64,000 nucleotides of DNA from a bacterium (lineage in GTDB: Bacteria; Patescibacteriota; Saccharimonadia; CAILAD01; GCA-016700035), in the NCBI GenBank assembly GCA_020854115.1, contig JADZGC010000011.1:5057-69056 (forward strand), given 5' to 3'. Of this stretch, positions 15,952 to 26,690 are shown piece after piece. A model generated the notes under the pieces. It searched no databases and was not told where the DNA came from. It saw only the letters and a program-made list of their open reading frames with translations. The number at the start of each line of letters is the position of its first letter. Position 1 is the stretch's first letter. The translations under genes were made by a program, and so were the position numbers.

Positions 15952-18363
15952 ATGAGTAAGATAACAAAGCAGGCGCTCATTTTCTTTTGTTTCGTGAATG
16001 CTGTGCTTTTTATCTTTACACACCTCCCGCTCAATAAAGCTCGAGCTGTCGGTACGACACTGACAGTCAGCTCAATCAATGATGGCGACGATGCGAATGC
16101 TGGCGACGGCATCTGTGAGACGTCTACGCCGGGCGAATGCACCTTGCGGGCCGCTATTACTGAGTCAAATGCTAATACGGGCACCGATACGATTGAATTC
16201 AACATTTCGGGCGGCGGCGTGAAAACAATAGGTCTTACAGATGAATTACCCGCAATCACTGAGCAGATAGTGATCGATGGATATACACAGACTGGAGCAA
16301 GTGAGAATACTGCACAGGCGCCTTTGGCGATTAATAGTGTTATTACTATCGCAATTAATGGGAGTACACTTGGCCAGAACAAACTTGGTCTTCGGGTGGG
16401 TGGTGCGAATTCTGTCATTAAGGGCCTTTCGATATCGGGCTTTGATGCAAGTGATGGTCAGCATGGTAATTTACTGATATCGGCAAACAATGTGCAGATC
16501 AAGGGCTGCTACATCGGTGCCGATGCTAGTGGAAATGCATATGGTGCTGGTGATAACAAGGCTGGTATCGGGGTCGTAAATGCTACGGGTGTAGAAATCG
16601 GTGGGATTAATCCAGCCGATAGAAATGTTGTGATCAATAACCACCAAGACTACTCTGCTACAGCGGCAGGCATCATGGTATTACCAGGCTCAGAAGCAAT
16701 AATACAAGGGAATATTGTAGGCCTTGGAAAAGATGGTAGTACTGATTTGGGCGGGTATTATGGAATCATACTTCTCGGAAGTAACAGCCAGATTGGCGGG
16801 TCAAGTAATGGGGAGCAGAATATTGTTTCAGGAGCTCATTCTGCTCAAATCTTGCTCATTAGCTCAGGAACCGTTTCTGGCAATGTGGTGCAAGGAAATT
16901 ATGTAGGTCCTGGAGCAGGGGGTGAAATCAAGCCTAGCATAGATAGTGGCGCAGGCATTGCCTTGGTTGGGGCTGGTGGATCACTAGTCGATAATCTAAT
17001 TGGTGGAGACAACCAAGGTGAGGGGAATACGATACGAGCCGTAAAGGGGATAGGTATTGCAGTACAGGAGATGAATGATCCGGCTCCAAATAAAAACGCA
17101 ATTCTAGGAAACTCTATTTATGACATTAAGGTTAATGAATACTTTAGCGATTTTACGTCTATCAACCAAGGTATTGATCTGTTTAGGCTAACAAGTGTCA
17201 ATCCATATTCATTCTCGGCCCAAGGGGTTACAGGTAATGACATTAATGACACAGACACAGGGGCTAACGACTACATTAACTCGCCCACGCTTCGCACCGC
17301 TCAGCAGGTTAATAACACAATTACTATCACGCTCGATTTAGATGCTAGTGATAGCCCGTCAAATAGTTATCGTATCGAGTTCTTTGCTAACGATGAGGCA
17401 TCTGTTTTTGGCGCTGGACCGGGACAAGAATTTATTGGTAGCCAAGTCATAAGCCCTGGCAGCAATCAGCCAGTTGTATTGAATGTGTCTGGTAATTATA
17501 GCTTCAAGTCACTATCGGCTACTACGACAGCGATTGATAATACCACGAGCACTGGATTCGGCTCTACATCCGAATTCGCGAGAAATATTTCCATAGGTAG
17601 TGCGGAGGATACTGATGCTGATGGAATTATTAATAGTGTCGAAGATGCTGCACCAAATAGCGGCGACACGAATGACGATTCGATTGCAGATCGCTTGCAG
17701 CCAGCCATAACAGCCTTTAAGTCGGGCGACGACAGCACCTGGCAAACAGTGATGACATCTGGTTGTAGCGAAAATAGCTCCGTTTCTTCACTGGGGCCAA
17801 ACGCCTTTCCTAAGCAAGATGCAAACCATAACTATCCCTTTGGCCTGACTGATTTCACTTTGCGCTGTTCGAAGGGTGATACTGCAAATGTGACAATCTA
17901 TTATTTTACTGATCAGGGTGTTGACTCACTCCATCCACGCAAGCTCTTGACCGGTACTGAAGAGTACGTTGATTTGCCAAATGCTACCTTGCAGCAGGCG
18001 CAACTCGGTGGTCAAAATGTCCTGAAGCTCACATATAGTATCCAGGACGGCAGTGCGTTTGATGATGATGGAGGGCTCAATGGGCTAATTCATGATCCAG
18101 TTGGTCTGGCTACCAATAATGCAAACGCTACCTTGCCAACCGTTGGCGCACCCCACGTCCTCTTGCCGGTCGGCTTAGCGATACTCGTGACCTTGATCTA
18201 TGCCTACTACGACTACATGCGTCACAAGAAACCGCTAGTCGCAGAAAACCCACACATTCACTATACTTTCTGGCATCATCTGCGCGTCGTAACGCTACCA
18301 ATTATGAAATATCGGTTTTCGATCGTGGTAGAACGACGAGACTCGGCGCCGATAGCTAGCTAG
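15952..18363 (+). CDS. large surface protein: CSLREA domain, beta-helix repeats, choice-of-anchor U-like domain, C-terminal TM
   Basis: CTLRAAITE, GN.IG repeats, YP.GL..F....DG...DDDG..NG.I.DPVG, LPTVG + TM. Confidence 0.8.
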   Translation: MSKITKQALIFFCFVNAVLFIFTHLPLNKARAVGTTLTVSSINDGDDANAGDGICETSTPGECTLRAAITESNANTGTDTIEFNISGGGVKTIGLTDELPAITEQIVIDGYTQTGASENTAQAPLAINSVITIAINGSTLGQNKLGLRVGGANSVIKGLSISGFDASDGQHGNLLISANNVQIKGCYIGADASGNAYGAGDNKAGIGVVNATGVEIGGINPADRNVVINNHQDYSATAAGIMVLPGSEAIIQGNIVGLGKDGSTDLGGYYGIILLGSNSQIGGSSNGEQNIVSGAHSAQILLISSGTVSGNVVQGNYVGPGAGGEIKPSIDSGAGIALVGAGGSLVDNLIGGDNQGEGNTIRAVKGIGIAVQEMNDPAPNKNAILGNSIYDIKVNEYFSDFTSINQGIDLFRLTSVNPYSFSAQGVTGNDINDTDTGANDYINSPTLRTAQQVNNTITITLDLDASDSPSNSYRIEFFANDEASVFGAGPGQEFIGSQVISPGSNQPVVLNVSGNYSFKSLSATTTAIDNTTSTGFGSTSEFARNISIGSAEDTDADGIINSVEDAAPNSGDTNDDSIADRLQPAITAFKSGDDSTWQTVMTSGCSENSSVSSLGPNAFPKQDANHNYPFGLTDFTLRCSKGDTANVTIYYFTDQGVDSLHPRKLLTGTEEYVDLPNATLQQAQLGGQNVLKLTYSIQDGSAFDDDGGLNGLIHDPVGLATNNANATLPTVGAPHVLLPVGLAILVTLIYAYYDYMRHKKPLVAENPHIHYTFWHHLRVVTLPIMKYRFSIVVERRDSAPIAS

Positions 18364-18406
18364 GCTTTGCACCAAGTAACCTTCAGGCCGTACAATAGTA
18401 GCTAGT

Positions 18407-19729
18407 ATGCTTGAGCGTTTTGTACAACAGCTAGAGGAGCGTGATTTGCTGCCCGCGCACAAAACATATATCGTCGCCGTTTCTGGCGGGGTAGATTCGA
18501 TGGTCTTGCTTGATCTTTTATCGCGTTTGGCGCCAAACTGGGGGTGGATGCTCATTGTGGCCCACCTAGATCATGCGCAGCGACCAGGATCAGATCAGGT
18601 AGCGATGTATGTCGGGGCTACGGCCGATCAATATGGACATAAATTTGTGACCAATCGACTGCGTGCGGCTGCCTTGAGTGAAAGCGCCATGCGTGATAGG
18701 CGTTATGCCTGGCTTCGCGAAATGCAGAAGGCACATGATGCCCTAGCGATTGTTACGGCGCATCATGCCAATGATCGGCTCGAGACGGCGATTTGGCATG
18801 CGATTCGTGGAAGTGGTCGGCATGGATTGACCAGCTTGCGAGCAAGACATACCGACATCATTCGACCAATTATGGCATTTCGCAGAGGAGACATCCTGCT
18901 TTATGCGCATCAGCGCGACTTACAGTGGCGAGAAGATCCATCTAATGCCGACACTGCATACACGCGCAATCTGATCCGTCACGAGCTGTTGGGTCAAGTG
19001 CCGCAGTGGGATCCTTATTATCATCATAATCTTACGAACTGGCTGAATCATCTTGAGGCAGTCAACCGGCGAGTAGATAACTTGCTTGACCAGGTATTGG
19101 ATCAGGTCGGTAGCGAGCATGGTACGGGCTATAGTTTTCGACTAGCTGCCTTACAGCAACTTACTTCACCAGTACTCACAGAGCTATTGGCGTATGTTGC
19201 ACGCCGATTACATGCCGGAAAAGGTCTTACGCAGCGCAATCTTCGAGCGGCTGAGCAATGGGTGCGTACTGCCCCGACCGGCAGCTTTACGGAGGCTTTG
19301 CCTGGCTTGATGCTGACCCGAGAATATGATAGAGTGAACCTCGTTGTCAGTACTGCGCCGGTTGATATTGAGCTTATCGATGACCACTTACCGCTCATGG
19401 CGCAAAAACCTGTCGCATTTGGTCGATTCATCCTACACATGATGCCAAGTCATCGAGCAGATGATGAAGCTTATCACTTAGCTGCTGGTGAATATTATGT
19501 CCGTCGTTGGCAAGCTGGTGATAGAGTACAGCCTTTAGGCATGGCCGGCTCGAAAAAAGTACAGGACATTTTTGTTGATAATAAAGTGCCACGAAGTGAT
19601 CGATTGGTGTGGCCGCTGATTGTTTCGACTACAAACGATATCGCGCTCATCCCGGGTCTTGTACGTGATCGACGATACGCGGTTGTGCCGGACAAAGATA
19701 CGTTGGCAGTAGCAGTGAAAGGGGTATAA
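18407..19729 (+). CDS. tilS: tRNA(Ile)-lysidine synthetase
   Basis: PP-loop SGGVDS, TAHHAND, EDPSN, KKVQDIFVDNKVP; upstream of ftsH. Confidence 0.95.
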   Translation: MLERFVQQLEERDLLPAHKTYIVAVSGGVDSMVLLDLLSRLAPNWGWMLIVAHLDHAQRPGSDQVAMYVGATADQYGHKFVTNRLRAAALSESAMRDRRYAWLREMQKAHDALAIVTAHHANDRLETAIWHAIRGSGRHGLTSLRARHTDIIRPIMAFRRGDILLYAHQRDLQWREDPSNADTAYTRNLIRHELLGQVPQWDPYYHHNLTNWLNHLEAVNRRVDNLLDQVLDQVGSEHGTGYSFRLAALQQLTSPVLTELLAYVARRLHAGKGLTQRNLRAAEQWVRTAPTGSFTEALPGLMLTREYDRVNLVVSTAPVDIELIDDHLPLMAQKPVAFGRFILHMMPSHRADDEAYHLAAGEYYVRRWQAGDRVQPLGMAGSKKVQDIFVDNKVPRSDRLVWPLIVSTTNDIALIPGLVRDRRYAVVPDKDTLAVAVKGV

Positions 19730-21586
19730 ATGATGCAATTCTTGAAGCGCATTCCACGTAACACGTGGTATATCATTATCGCACTCGTCGTGCTGGTCAT
19801 GCTGGGAATAGTTGGTGACGGTACTCAATCGAAGCCACAATCCGTCTCGATTTCAAAAGTTATCGAACAGGTGAATCAAGGACAAGTTGATAAGATTGAG
19901 TTGAATGGCGATAAGCTAACGATCTTCCTTAAGGGGGGAGGGAAGCAGGAGGCTTTTAAAGAAAGCTCAGCATCACTCAAAGATTATGGGGTTGATTATT
20001 CTAAGGTTACCGTCGAGCCCAAAAATCCGGATGATGGCTCAAGTCGTTGGCTAGATGCTGTCTTTACTTTCTTGCCGGTCGTGATGATCATTGGGTTCTT
20101 CTGGTTTGTCATGCGTCAGGCGCAAGGTCAGAATAATGCAGCTATGAGCTTCGGCAGATCCAAAGCGCGCGTAGCTGGTATCGAGAAAGAAAAAGTAACT
20201 TTTACAGAAGTGGCTGGTGCGAACGAAGCCAAGCAAGAGCTGTCAGAGATCGTGGAATTCTTGAAGTGGCCACAGAAGTTTGAAGCGCTCGGCGCCAAGA
20301 TTCCGAAGGGGGTGCTGTTGTTTGGCTCGCCGGGTACTGGTAAAACACTTCTGGCGCGAGCTGTCGCCGGTGAGGCTGGCGTCCCGTTCTTCTCTATTTC
20401 CGGCTCGGAGTTTGTCGAAATGTTTGTTGGCGTTGGTGCAAGTCGTGTGCGAGATCTGTTTGCGAAGGCTAAGAAAAACTCACCGTGTATTATATTTATT
20501 GATGAAATTGATGCGGTTGGACGCCAGCGTGGTACCGGCCTGGGTGGCGGTCATGATGAACGCGAACAAACACTCAACCAGATTTTGGTAGAGATGGACG
20601 GGTTTGAGCAGGGTACAAACGTGATCGTGATGGCTGCGACTAACCGACCGGATGTACTAGATCCAGCTCTTTTGCGACCAGGTCGTTTTGACCGCCGTGT
20701 GACGATTGACTTGCCGGACATGAATCAGCGCGCAGAAATTCTCGAAGTGCATACCAAGCAAAAACCGCTTGATAGTTCAGTAGACCTGATGGAGATTGCT
20801 CGCAAAACACCAGGCGTGTCGGGTGCTGACTTGGCAAACATTACGAACGAGGCTGCGATTTTTGCGGCTCGCCAGGATCGCAAGAAGATCCAGCAGTCTG
20901 ACTTCCATGAAGCTGTTGAGAAAGTTGCCCTTGGTCCGGAGCGCAAGAGCCATGTGCTCAATGATACCGAGAAGAAAATCACCGCCTATCACGAAGCCGG
21001 TCATGCACTGTTGTCACACTTGCTTCCTAACTGCAACCCAGTACATAAGGTGTCAATCGTATCACGTGGCATGGCTGGTGGTGTGACGTGGAGCTTGCCA
21101 ATCGAGGATAAGCATATGCATTCGGTGGCTGACTTCTTAGACGATATCACGATGAGTCTTGGTGGTCGCACGGCTGAGAAGATCATCTTCGGTGACATCA
21201 CGACCGGTGCCGAGTCTGACCTCAAGCACGCGAACGGCTTAGCTCGCCGCATGATAACCGAATATGGTATGGGCGTAACACTTACCAACCAAGTTTTCGG
21301 ACACCCTGAAGGCTCGGTGTTCTTAGGCAAATCATTCTCCGAGGGGAGGAATTACTCAGAGCAAACTCAAGATAAGATTGACGACGAAGTTCAGAAGATT
21401 ATCATTGATGCCTCGAAGCGCGCCGAAGAGACAATTGCCAAGCATCGCAAGAAACTCGATTTGATTGCCGAGAAACTAATGAAAGAGGAGACTATTGAAG
21501 GCCCAGAATTCGCGAAACTCTTTGAGTCACTTGAGAAGAAAAAGAAGGACCCAAAGGGAGTAGCTGCGGTGGAGGGTGAAGTTTAG
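19730..21586 (+). CDS. ftsH: ATP-dependent zinc metalloprotease FtsH
   Basis: [29 protein letters not shown]. Confidence 0.98.
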   Translation: MMQFLKRIPRNTWYIIIALVVLVMLGIVGDGTQSKPQSVSISKVIEQVNQGQVDKIELNGDKLTIFLKGGGKQEAFKESSASLKDYGVDYSKVTVEPKNPDDGSSRWLDAVFTFLPVVMIIGFFWFVMRQAQGQNNAAMSFGRSKARVAGIEKEKVTFTEVAGANEAKQELSEIVEFLKWPQKFEALGAKIPKGVLLFGSPGTGKTLLARAVAGEAGVPFFSISGSEFVEMFVGVGASRVRDLFAKAKKNSPCIIFIDEIDAVGRQRGTGLGGGHDEREQTLNQILVEMDGFEQGTNVIVMAATNRPDVLDPALLRPGRFDRRVTIDLPDMNQRAEILEVHTKQKPLDSSVDLMEIARKTPGVSGADLANITNEAAIFAARQDRKKIQQSDFHEAVEKVALGPERKSHVLNDTEKKITAYHEAGHALLSHLLPNCNPVHKVSIVSRGMAGGVTWSLPIEDKHMHSVADFLDDITMSLGGRTAEKIIFGDITTGAESDLKHANGLARRMITEYGMGVTLTNQVFGHPEGSVFLGKSFSEGRNYSEQTQDKIDDEVQKIIIDASKRAEETIAKHRKKLDLIAEKLMKEETIEGPEFAKLFESLEKKKKDPKGVAAVEGEV

Positions 21587-21783
21587 GATCATCGCAGATT
21601 CTTCGGAGAAACGCTAGCCGACCCGAGATGATCGAGGTACAATAGTAAGGAAAGTGCATGAGATTCATGCGAGAGGTTGGTCGCCAGTCACTGTGCGTGA
21701 CGTATAAAGGGCGACCAATCTTCGTATGAGCTAAAAAACTTATGCTCACACGGTATCTTTGTGTGCGCTTCCAAAGAAAAACT

Positions 21784-23388
21784 ATGAGAAACTCCGTCAA
21801 AGCCATCATCAATCGCATCAATAAGCAGCGCTCTATTTCTATGGCGGCGCTGCTTATCTCGCTGTCGTATCTGACGAGTCGATTACTCGGTCTGGTACGA
21901 GATCGATTATTGGCTTCAAACTTTGGCTTGTCTGCTCAGACAGATGCGTATTCGGCTGCGTTTAGGATCCCAGACCTATTATTTACTTTGTTAGTGTCTG
22001 GTGCTTTCGCAGTGTCGTTTATTCCGGTTTTCGTCGGCTACATCGAGCGCAAGAAAATTGACGAAGCCTGGGAAGTTGCGAGTATTGTACTCAATCTCAT
22101 CATTATCCTCACCATTATTCTAGGTCTAGCGACCTTCATTTGGACTGAGCCGCTGGTGCGTATCATTGCTCCGGGATTTGATCCTGAACGGTTTCACCTG
22201 ACTGTCAATCTGACGCGCATTATGCTGGTCACGCCTTTATTGTTTGGGATATCGTCTGTACTGGGGGCGATCCAGCAGTCGTTTCAGCGTTTTATTCTTT
22301 TCGCGCTGGCGAGCGTGTTTTATAACGTCGGTATCATAATAGGAATTGTATTTTTTGAGCAGTTTTTTCAGACTCCAATATATGGCGTCGCGTATGGTGT
22401 GGTTGCGGGCACGGCGCTGCAAGCCATTATGCAGTTCATTGGCATTATAGGTCTTGGTTTTCGTTATCATTTGTCCGTGAAATTGTGGCACCCAGCAGTA
22501 ATGCGAATATTCAAACTGATGGTACCTCGGTCGCTCGATCTCGGCCTCGAACAGATCAATACAATAGTCGTCACTGCGATTGGTTCACAGCTTGCGGCAG
22601 GGTCACTGACTAGTTACTACTACGCGAATAATCTCAAGAATGTGCCCCTCGGCTTGTTTGGTGGAGCTATCTCCACGGCGGTCTTTCCGTCGTTGATCCG
22701 GGCGGCGAAGTCAAAAAATAAATCACGATTGCCATCGCAAATTGTGCAAACGATTCGTTTCGTGCTCTTTTTTGTGCTGCCGTCGGCTGCGATCGCGATC
22801 ATTATGCGCGGATATATCGTTCGCTTGTTGTTGGGCTTTGGTGATCAAACGACTGCAGATGTGCTGGGCTGGCTAGCCGCGGTGATTGTATCGCAAAGCG
22901 TGTTCTTTATTGTGGCTCGTATTTTTTATGCGCTTGAAGACACTAAGACGCCGCTCTATACGAGCTTGGCAACCTTTGGCTTCAATATTATTCTTTGTTA
23001 CATTTTGTCTGCTGAGTATGGGGTGCTTGGGCTCGCCATGTCATTGTCGACTGTCACAACACTGGAGCTGATCATCTTGCTACTCTTACTGCGCCGAAAG
23101 ATCGGTAGCTTTGGTTTACGCAACATCATTCAGGGTGGAGTACGTATGGTTATGGCGTCGATCGCCATGGCGGGGGTGATGTACATATTGATCACGAATT
23201 ACTTCCCATTATTCCGTGATGAGCGTGGCTGGCGAGTGCTTGGACCGAAGTTCCTCATCGTTTCGCTTGTCGGACTCGGAGCGTACTTATTGGTTTGCTG
23301 GCTCCTGCGCTTGGATGAAATACGGACGGTCGTGCGCTATACTCAGCGTAGGTATTTGAATCGCTTGCGTCGGAATATTGGTGCCTAA
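21784..23388 (+). CDS. murJ: lipid II flippase MurJ
   Basis: SRLLGLVRD, AFRIPD, FIPVF; many TMs. Confidence 0.93.
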   Translation: MRNSVKAIINRINKQRSISMAALLISLSYLTSRLLGLVRDRLLASNFGLSAQTDAYSAAFRIPDLLFTLLVSGAFAVSFIPVFVGYIERKKIDEAWEVASIVLNLIIILTIILGLATFIWTEPLVRIIAPGFDPERFHLTVNLTRIMLVTPLLFGISSVLGAIQQSFQRFILFALASVFYNVGIIIGIVFFEQFFQTPIYGVAYGVVAGTALQAIMQFIGIIGLGFRYHLSVKLWHPAVMRIFKLMVPRSLDLGLEQINTIVVTAIGSQLAAGSLTSYYYANNLKNVPLGLFGGAISTAVFPSLIRAAKSKNKSRLPSQIVQTIRFVLFFVLPSAAIAIIMRGYIVRLLLGFGDQTTADVLGWLAAVIVSQSVFFIVARIFYALEDTKTPLYTSLATFGFNIILCYILSAEYGVLGLAMSLSTVTTLELIILLLLLRRKIGSFGLRNIIQGGVRMVMASIAMAGVMYILITNYFPLFRDERGWRVLGPKFLIVSLVGLGAYLLVCWLLRLDEIRTVVRYTQRRYLNRLRRNIGA

Positions 23389-23396
23389 GGGGGCTT

Positions 23397-25175
23397 ATGA
23401 AGAATATTAGAAACTTTTGTATAATTGCCCATATTGATCATGGGAAGTCGACCCTGGCTGACCGCCTGCTTGAAGAGACGGGTACTGTCGCGGGTCGAGA
23501 CATGCGTGCGCAGTTGCTCGATACAATGGAACTCGAGCAGGAGAAGGGTATCACCATTAAGCTCCAGCCGGCGCGGATGCAGTGGAAGGATCATGAGCTC
23601 AATCTAATTGATACGCCTGGGCACGTTGACTTTAGTTATGAGGTCAGTCGATCGCTTGAGGCTGTCGAAGGTGCGATCTTGGTCGTCGATGCAACGCAGG
23701 GGATACAGGCTCAAACACTCGCAAATGTATACATGGCCATCGAAGCTGGGCTCAAGATTATTCCGGTTGCAAATAAGATCGATCTACCTGCTGCCGAGCC
23801 AGATCGCGTGGCTGCCGAGATTGGACAGTTGCTCGGTGTTGAGCCGTCGACAGTCAGTAAGATCTCCGCCAAAACGGGCGAGGGTATTCACGAGCTGCTC
23901 GATCGACTGGTGGATGAAGTGCCAGCACCAAAAGGTGACGTAGATGCGCCGACGCAAGCACTTGTCTTTGACTCGCTTTACGACGGCTATCGTGGCGTTA
24001 TTCTCTATGTACGCATCATGAATGGACAGATTAAGAAGAACCAAGAAATACGCTTGATCCAATCCGGAAGCGCGTCATTGGCGCTCGAGGTTGGGCACTT
24101 CACTCCGGCTCGCGTCGAAGATCCGGCACTGACTACCGGACAAGTAGGGTTTATTACGACCAATATTAAGTCGGTGCAGTTCGCTCGCGTCGGCGATACG
24201 GTGACGCTTGGTTTGACCCCGAAGACTGAGGCTCTGCCGGGATACAAAAAAGTCCAGCCGCTGATTTTTGCTAGTCTCTACCCAACGAGCCAAGAAGAAT
24301 ATCCGAAGCTCAAAGATTCGCTTGAAAAGCTGGCACTGAGTGATGCGTCGCTGACGTTTACGACCGAAAACTCAGCAGCGCTCGGGTTTGGTATGCGCAT
24401 TGGTTTTCTCGGACTCTTACATCTCGAGATTATCAAGGAGCGTCTGGAGCGAGAGTTTGATCTTGATTTGATCGTGACGAGTCCAAGTGTGAGCTATAAG
24501 GTGAAGCTTACGAATGGGGATGAGCTGACGATTGAGCAGGCGAGCGCACTGCCAGATGCGAGCGCTATTGATTCGATCGCTGAGCCTTGGGTGAAGGGCG
24601 AAGTTGTGACGCCAGCAGAGTATATTGGCGGCATCCTGCAGCTTGTTATCGATGCGCGTGGGCGGCAGACGAAGCTAGAATATCTTGATCCGACACGTGC
24701 TGTGGTTGGCTTTACGGCACCGCTGGCGGAGATTATTACCGACTTCTATGATGACCTGAAGAGTCAGACATCGGGTTTTGCGAGCTTAAGTTATGAGTGG
24801 GACGAATATCATGAGGGTGATCTGGTGCGCGTTGATATCTTGCTTGCCGGTGAGCGAGTTGACTCGCTGGGTGCAATCGTGGCGCGCTCGAAGTCAGAGG
24901 TGTTTGGTCGCAAACTATGCGAACGGCTCAAAGAACTCATTCCGCGCCAAAACTTCGAAGTGGCGGTGCAGGCAGCGATTGGTGCGAAGTTTATTGCTCG
25001 CGAAAACATCTCGGCGCTGCGTAAGGATGTGACCGCCAAGCTCTATGGAGGTGACGTATCACGTAAGAAGAAACTCTTGGAGAAGCAGAAGAAAGGTAAG
25101 GCACGCATGAAGCAGATTGGAAAAGTTTCGATCCCGAGTGATGTGTTTATGCAACTTATTAAGAAGGGTGACTAG
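23397..25175 (+). CDS. lepA: elongation factor 4 (LepA)
   Basis: IRNFCIIAHIDHGKSTLADR, DTPGH, NKID, LLEKQKKGK. Confidence 0.98.
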   Translation: MKNIRNFCIIAHIDHGKSTLADRLLEETGTVAGRDMRAQLLDTMELEQEKGITIKLQPARMQWKDHELNLIDTPGHVDFSYEVSRSLEAVEGAILVVDATQGIQAQTLANVYMAIEAGLKIIPVANKIDLPAAEPDRVAAEIGQLLGVEPSTVSKISAKTGEGIHELLDRLVDEVPAPKGDVDAPTQALVFDSLYDGYRGVILYVRIMNGQIKKNQEIRLIQSGSASLALEVGHFTPARVEDPALTTGQVGFITTNIKSVQFARVGDTVTLGLTPKTEALPGYKKVQPLIFASLYPTSQEEYPKLKDSLEKLALSDASLTFTTENSAALGFGMRIGFLGLLHLEIIKERLEREFDLDLIVTSPSVSYKVKLTNGDELTIEQASALPDASAIDSIAEPWVKGEVVTPAEYIGGILQLVIDARGRQTKLEYLDPTRAVVGFTAPLAEIITDFYDDLKSQTSGFASLSYEWDEYHEGDLVRVDILLAGERVDSLGAIVARSKSEVFGRKLCERLKELIPRQNFEVAVQAAIGAKFIARENISALRKDVTAKLYGGDVSRKKKLLEKQKKGKARMKQIGKVSIPSDVFMQLIKKGD

Positions 25176-25177
25176 AT

Positions 25178-25702
25178 ATGAAAGTACGTATCGCACTCTT
25201 GCCTAAGTCCGAACAAAGTGAGCGGCTTACGCAATATTCGCAAGCACTTCCGATGAAGGGGGACGGCTATCGTCTTGATGCGGATCATTTGCCGCACATT
25301 ACACTTGTTGCCTGGGAGGTTGATGGTGCGGCCAGCGCTGAAGAAGTTTGGCACTTGCTCGATGATGTATTTTTACCTGAAGTACATTGCGCAGTCGAGG
25401 GGATAGTATACGAAAATGAAGGCGCAAATGGCGGTTACATTATGGCTCGTATCGAAGGGCCCGATGAGCTGAAGGCATTCACTAGAACTGTACACGAGGC
25501 AATAACTTCGAAGGTCGGTCAGACTGATCTCGACAAATATACACAACGTACGCCTCATCTCACTATTGGCGTAGATATGCTGGGTGTGTCGGAGCTCCCG
25601 CCGTCACCGATAAAAGCTTTAGAATTTGATCGCATTGCGCTGGTTGAGTCAGGGGGTTTCGGCGCTGCGACCCGGATTATTTACGAGCAGCCATTGGCGT
25701 AA
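25178..25702 (+). CDS. 2H phosphoesterase (2'-5' RNA ligase family)
   Basis: two HxT motifs: PHITL and PHLTI. Confidence 0.8.
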   Translation: MKVRIALLPKSEQSERLTQYSQALPMKGDGYRLDADHLPHITLVAWEVDGAASAEEVWHLLDDVFLPEVHCAVEGIVYENEGANGGYIMARIEGPDELKAFTRTVHEAITSKVGQTDLDKYTQRTPHLTIGVDMLGVSELPPSPIKALEFDRIALVESGGFGAATRIIYEQPLA

Positions 25703-25746
25703 TCTCTCTAAGCGAGTAGACTCATAGTCATAAGAGGAATCTACGT

Positions 25747-26472
25747 ATGTTTTCAATAAAGAATACTCATCGCTATAAACCGTACGGCGAGGCATCAATG
25801 CTTATAATCATTGTACTTATACTAATAATAATTGGCCTGGTCGTCTGGTATGCCTTTTGGGGTAAGCCAAAAGCTGCCGCACCTTCGACGGATCCGGCGG
25901 CTGGCGTAATGGCAACTCCGACTTCAGGCCCATACTCCGGTTGGAAGAGCATGACTCTCAAGTATGAAAAGTTTAGCCTCAAGTATCCGGCTGATTGGAA
26001 AGTCGTTGATACTTCGGCGGTTGATCCAAGCATAGGCAGTTACGATAAGGTGACTCTGACATCGCCGGACGGGTTTGCTGTCACTGTGCGTACGAATGTC
26101 TGGGGGATTGGCGGGTCATGTGAAGACTGTAAGGCATTTGAAACTACGTATACCACAATTCTTGGAGAGAAGACAGGCGTGAGCATTTTTGGTACCTCTC
26201 AGGGCGCAAGTGGTATCGGTGCTATGCGAGCCGATCTCGATGGGCAGACTATATATGAATGCATCGGCCTTTGTACGCTGCCCGGTAAGAATAGTACAAA
26301 CAAATTAAACAACAATCAGCCGGGACTCATTATGGCTACGGGCGGCTACCCGCTGTCTGAAGCGGACGCTATCAAGCTGGGATCGACTAGTAAGTTCATG
26401 GGCTATGACACCTTCAAGAATGATCCAAATGTTGCAACAGCTCGTAAGATTTTCGAGTCGTTTAGCTACTAG
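25747..26472 (+). CDS. membrane-anchored surface protein, pilin-like N-terminus, PsbP-like domain
   Basis: G-hydrophobic N-terminus; 'GWK....FSLKYPADW'; paired Cys. Confidence 0.65.
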   Translation: MFSIKNTHRYKPYGEASMLIIIVLILIIIGLVVWYAFWGKPKAAAPSTDPAAGVMATPTSGPYSGWKSMTLKYEKFSLKYPADWKVVDTSAVDPSIGSYDKVTLTSPDGFAVTVRTNVWGIGGSCEDCKAFETTYTTILGEKTGVSIFGTSQGASGIGAMRADLDGQTIYECIGLCTLPGKNSTNKLNNNQPGLIMATGGYPLSEADAIKLGSTSKFMGYDTFKNDPNVATARKIFESFSY

Positions 26473-26531
26473 TCCATCATTCTGCTCCATGCTTGCGCGC
26501 AAATTGCTTGAGCTCGCACAATAGAAAGAAT

Positions 26532-26690
26532 ATGAAAATTCGCTGGCTCTTTTTGGCTGCGCTTTGCTTACTGTATTACACCTATGTACGTGATACAGCT
26601 GATCTTGCAATGATACGCTTATCAAATCTCCAGCAAATGTACGCCAATTCGCTTGCAAGCTATAACGAACCAATCGGCACGCTACCTTAG
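26532..26690 (+). CDS. small membrane-anchored protein (52 aa)
   Basis: MKIRWLFLAALCLLYYTY... with AGAAAG upstream. Confidence 0.45.
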   Translation: MKIRWLFLAALCLLYYTYVRDTADLAMIRLSNLQQMYANSLASYNEPIGTLP

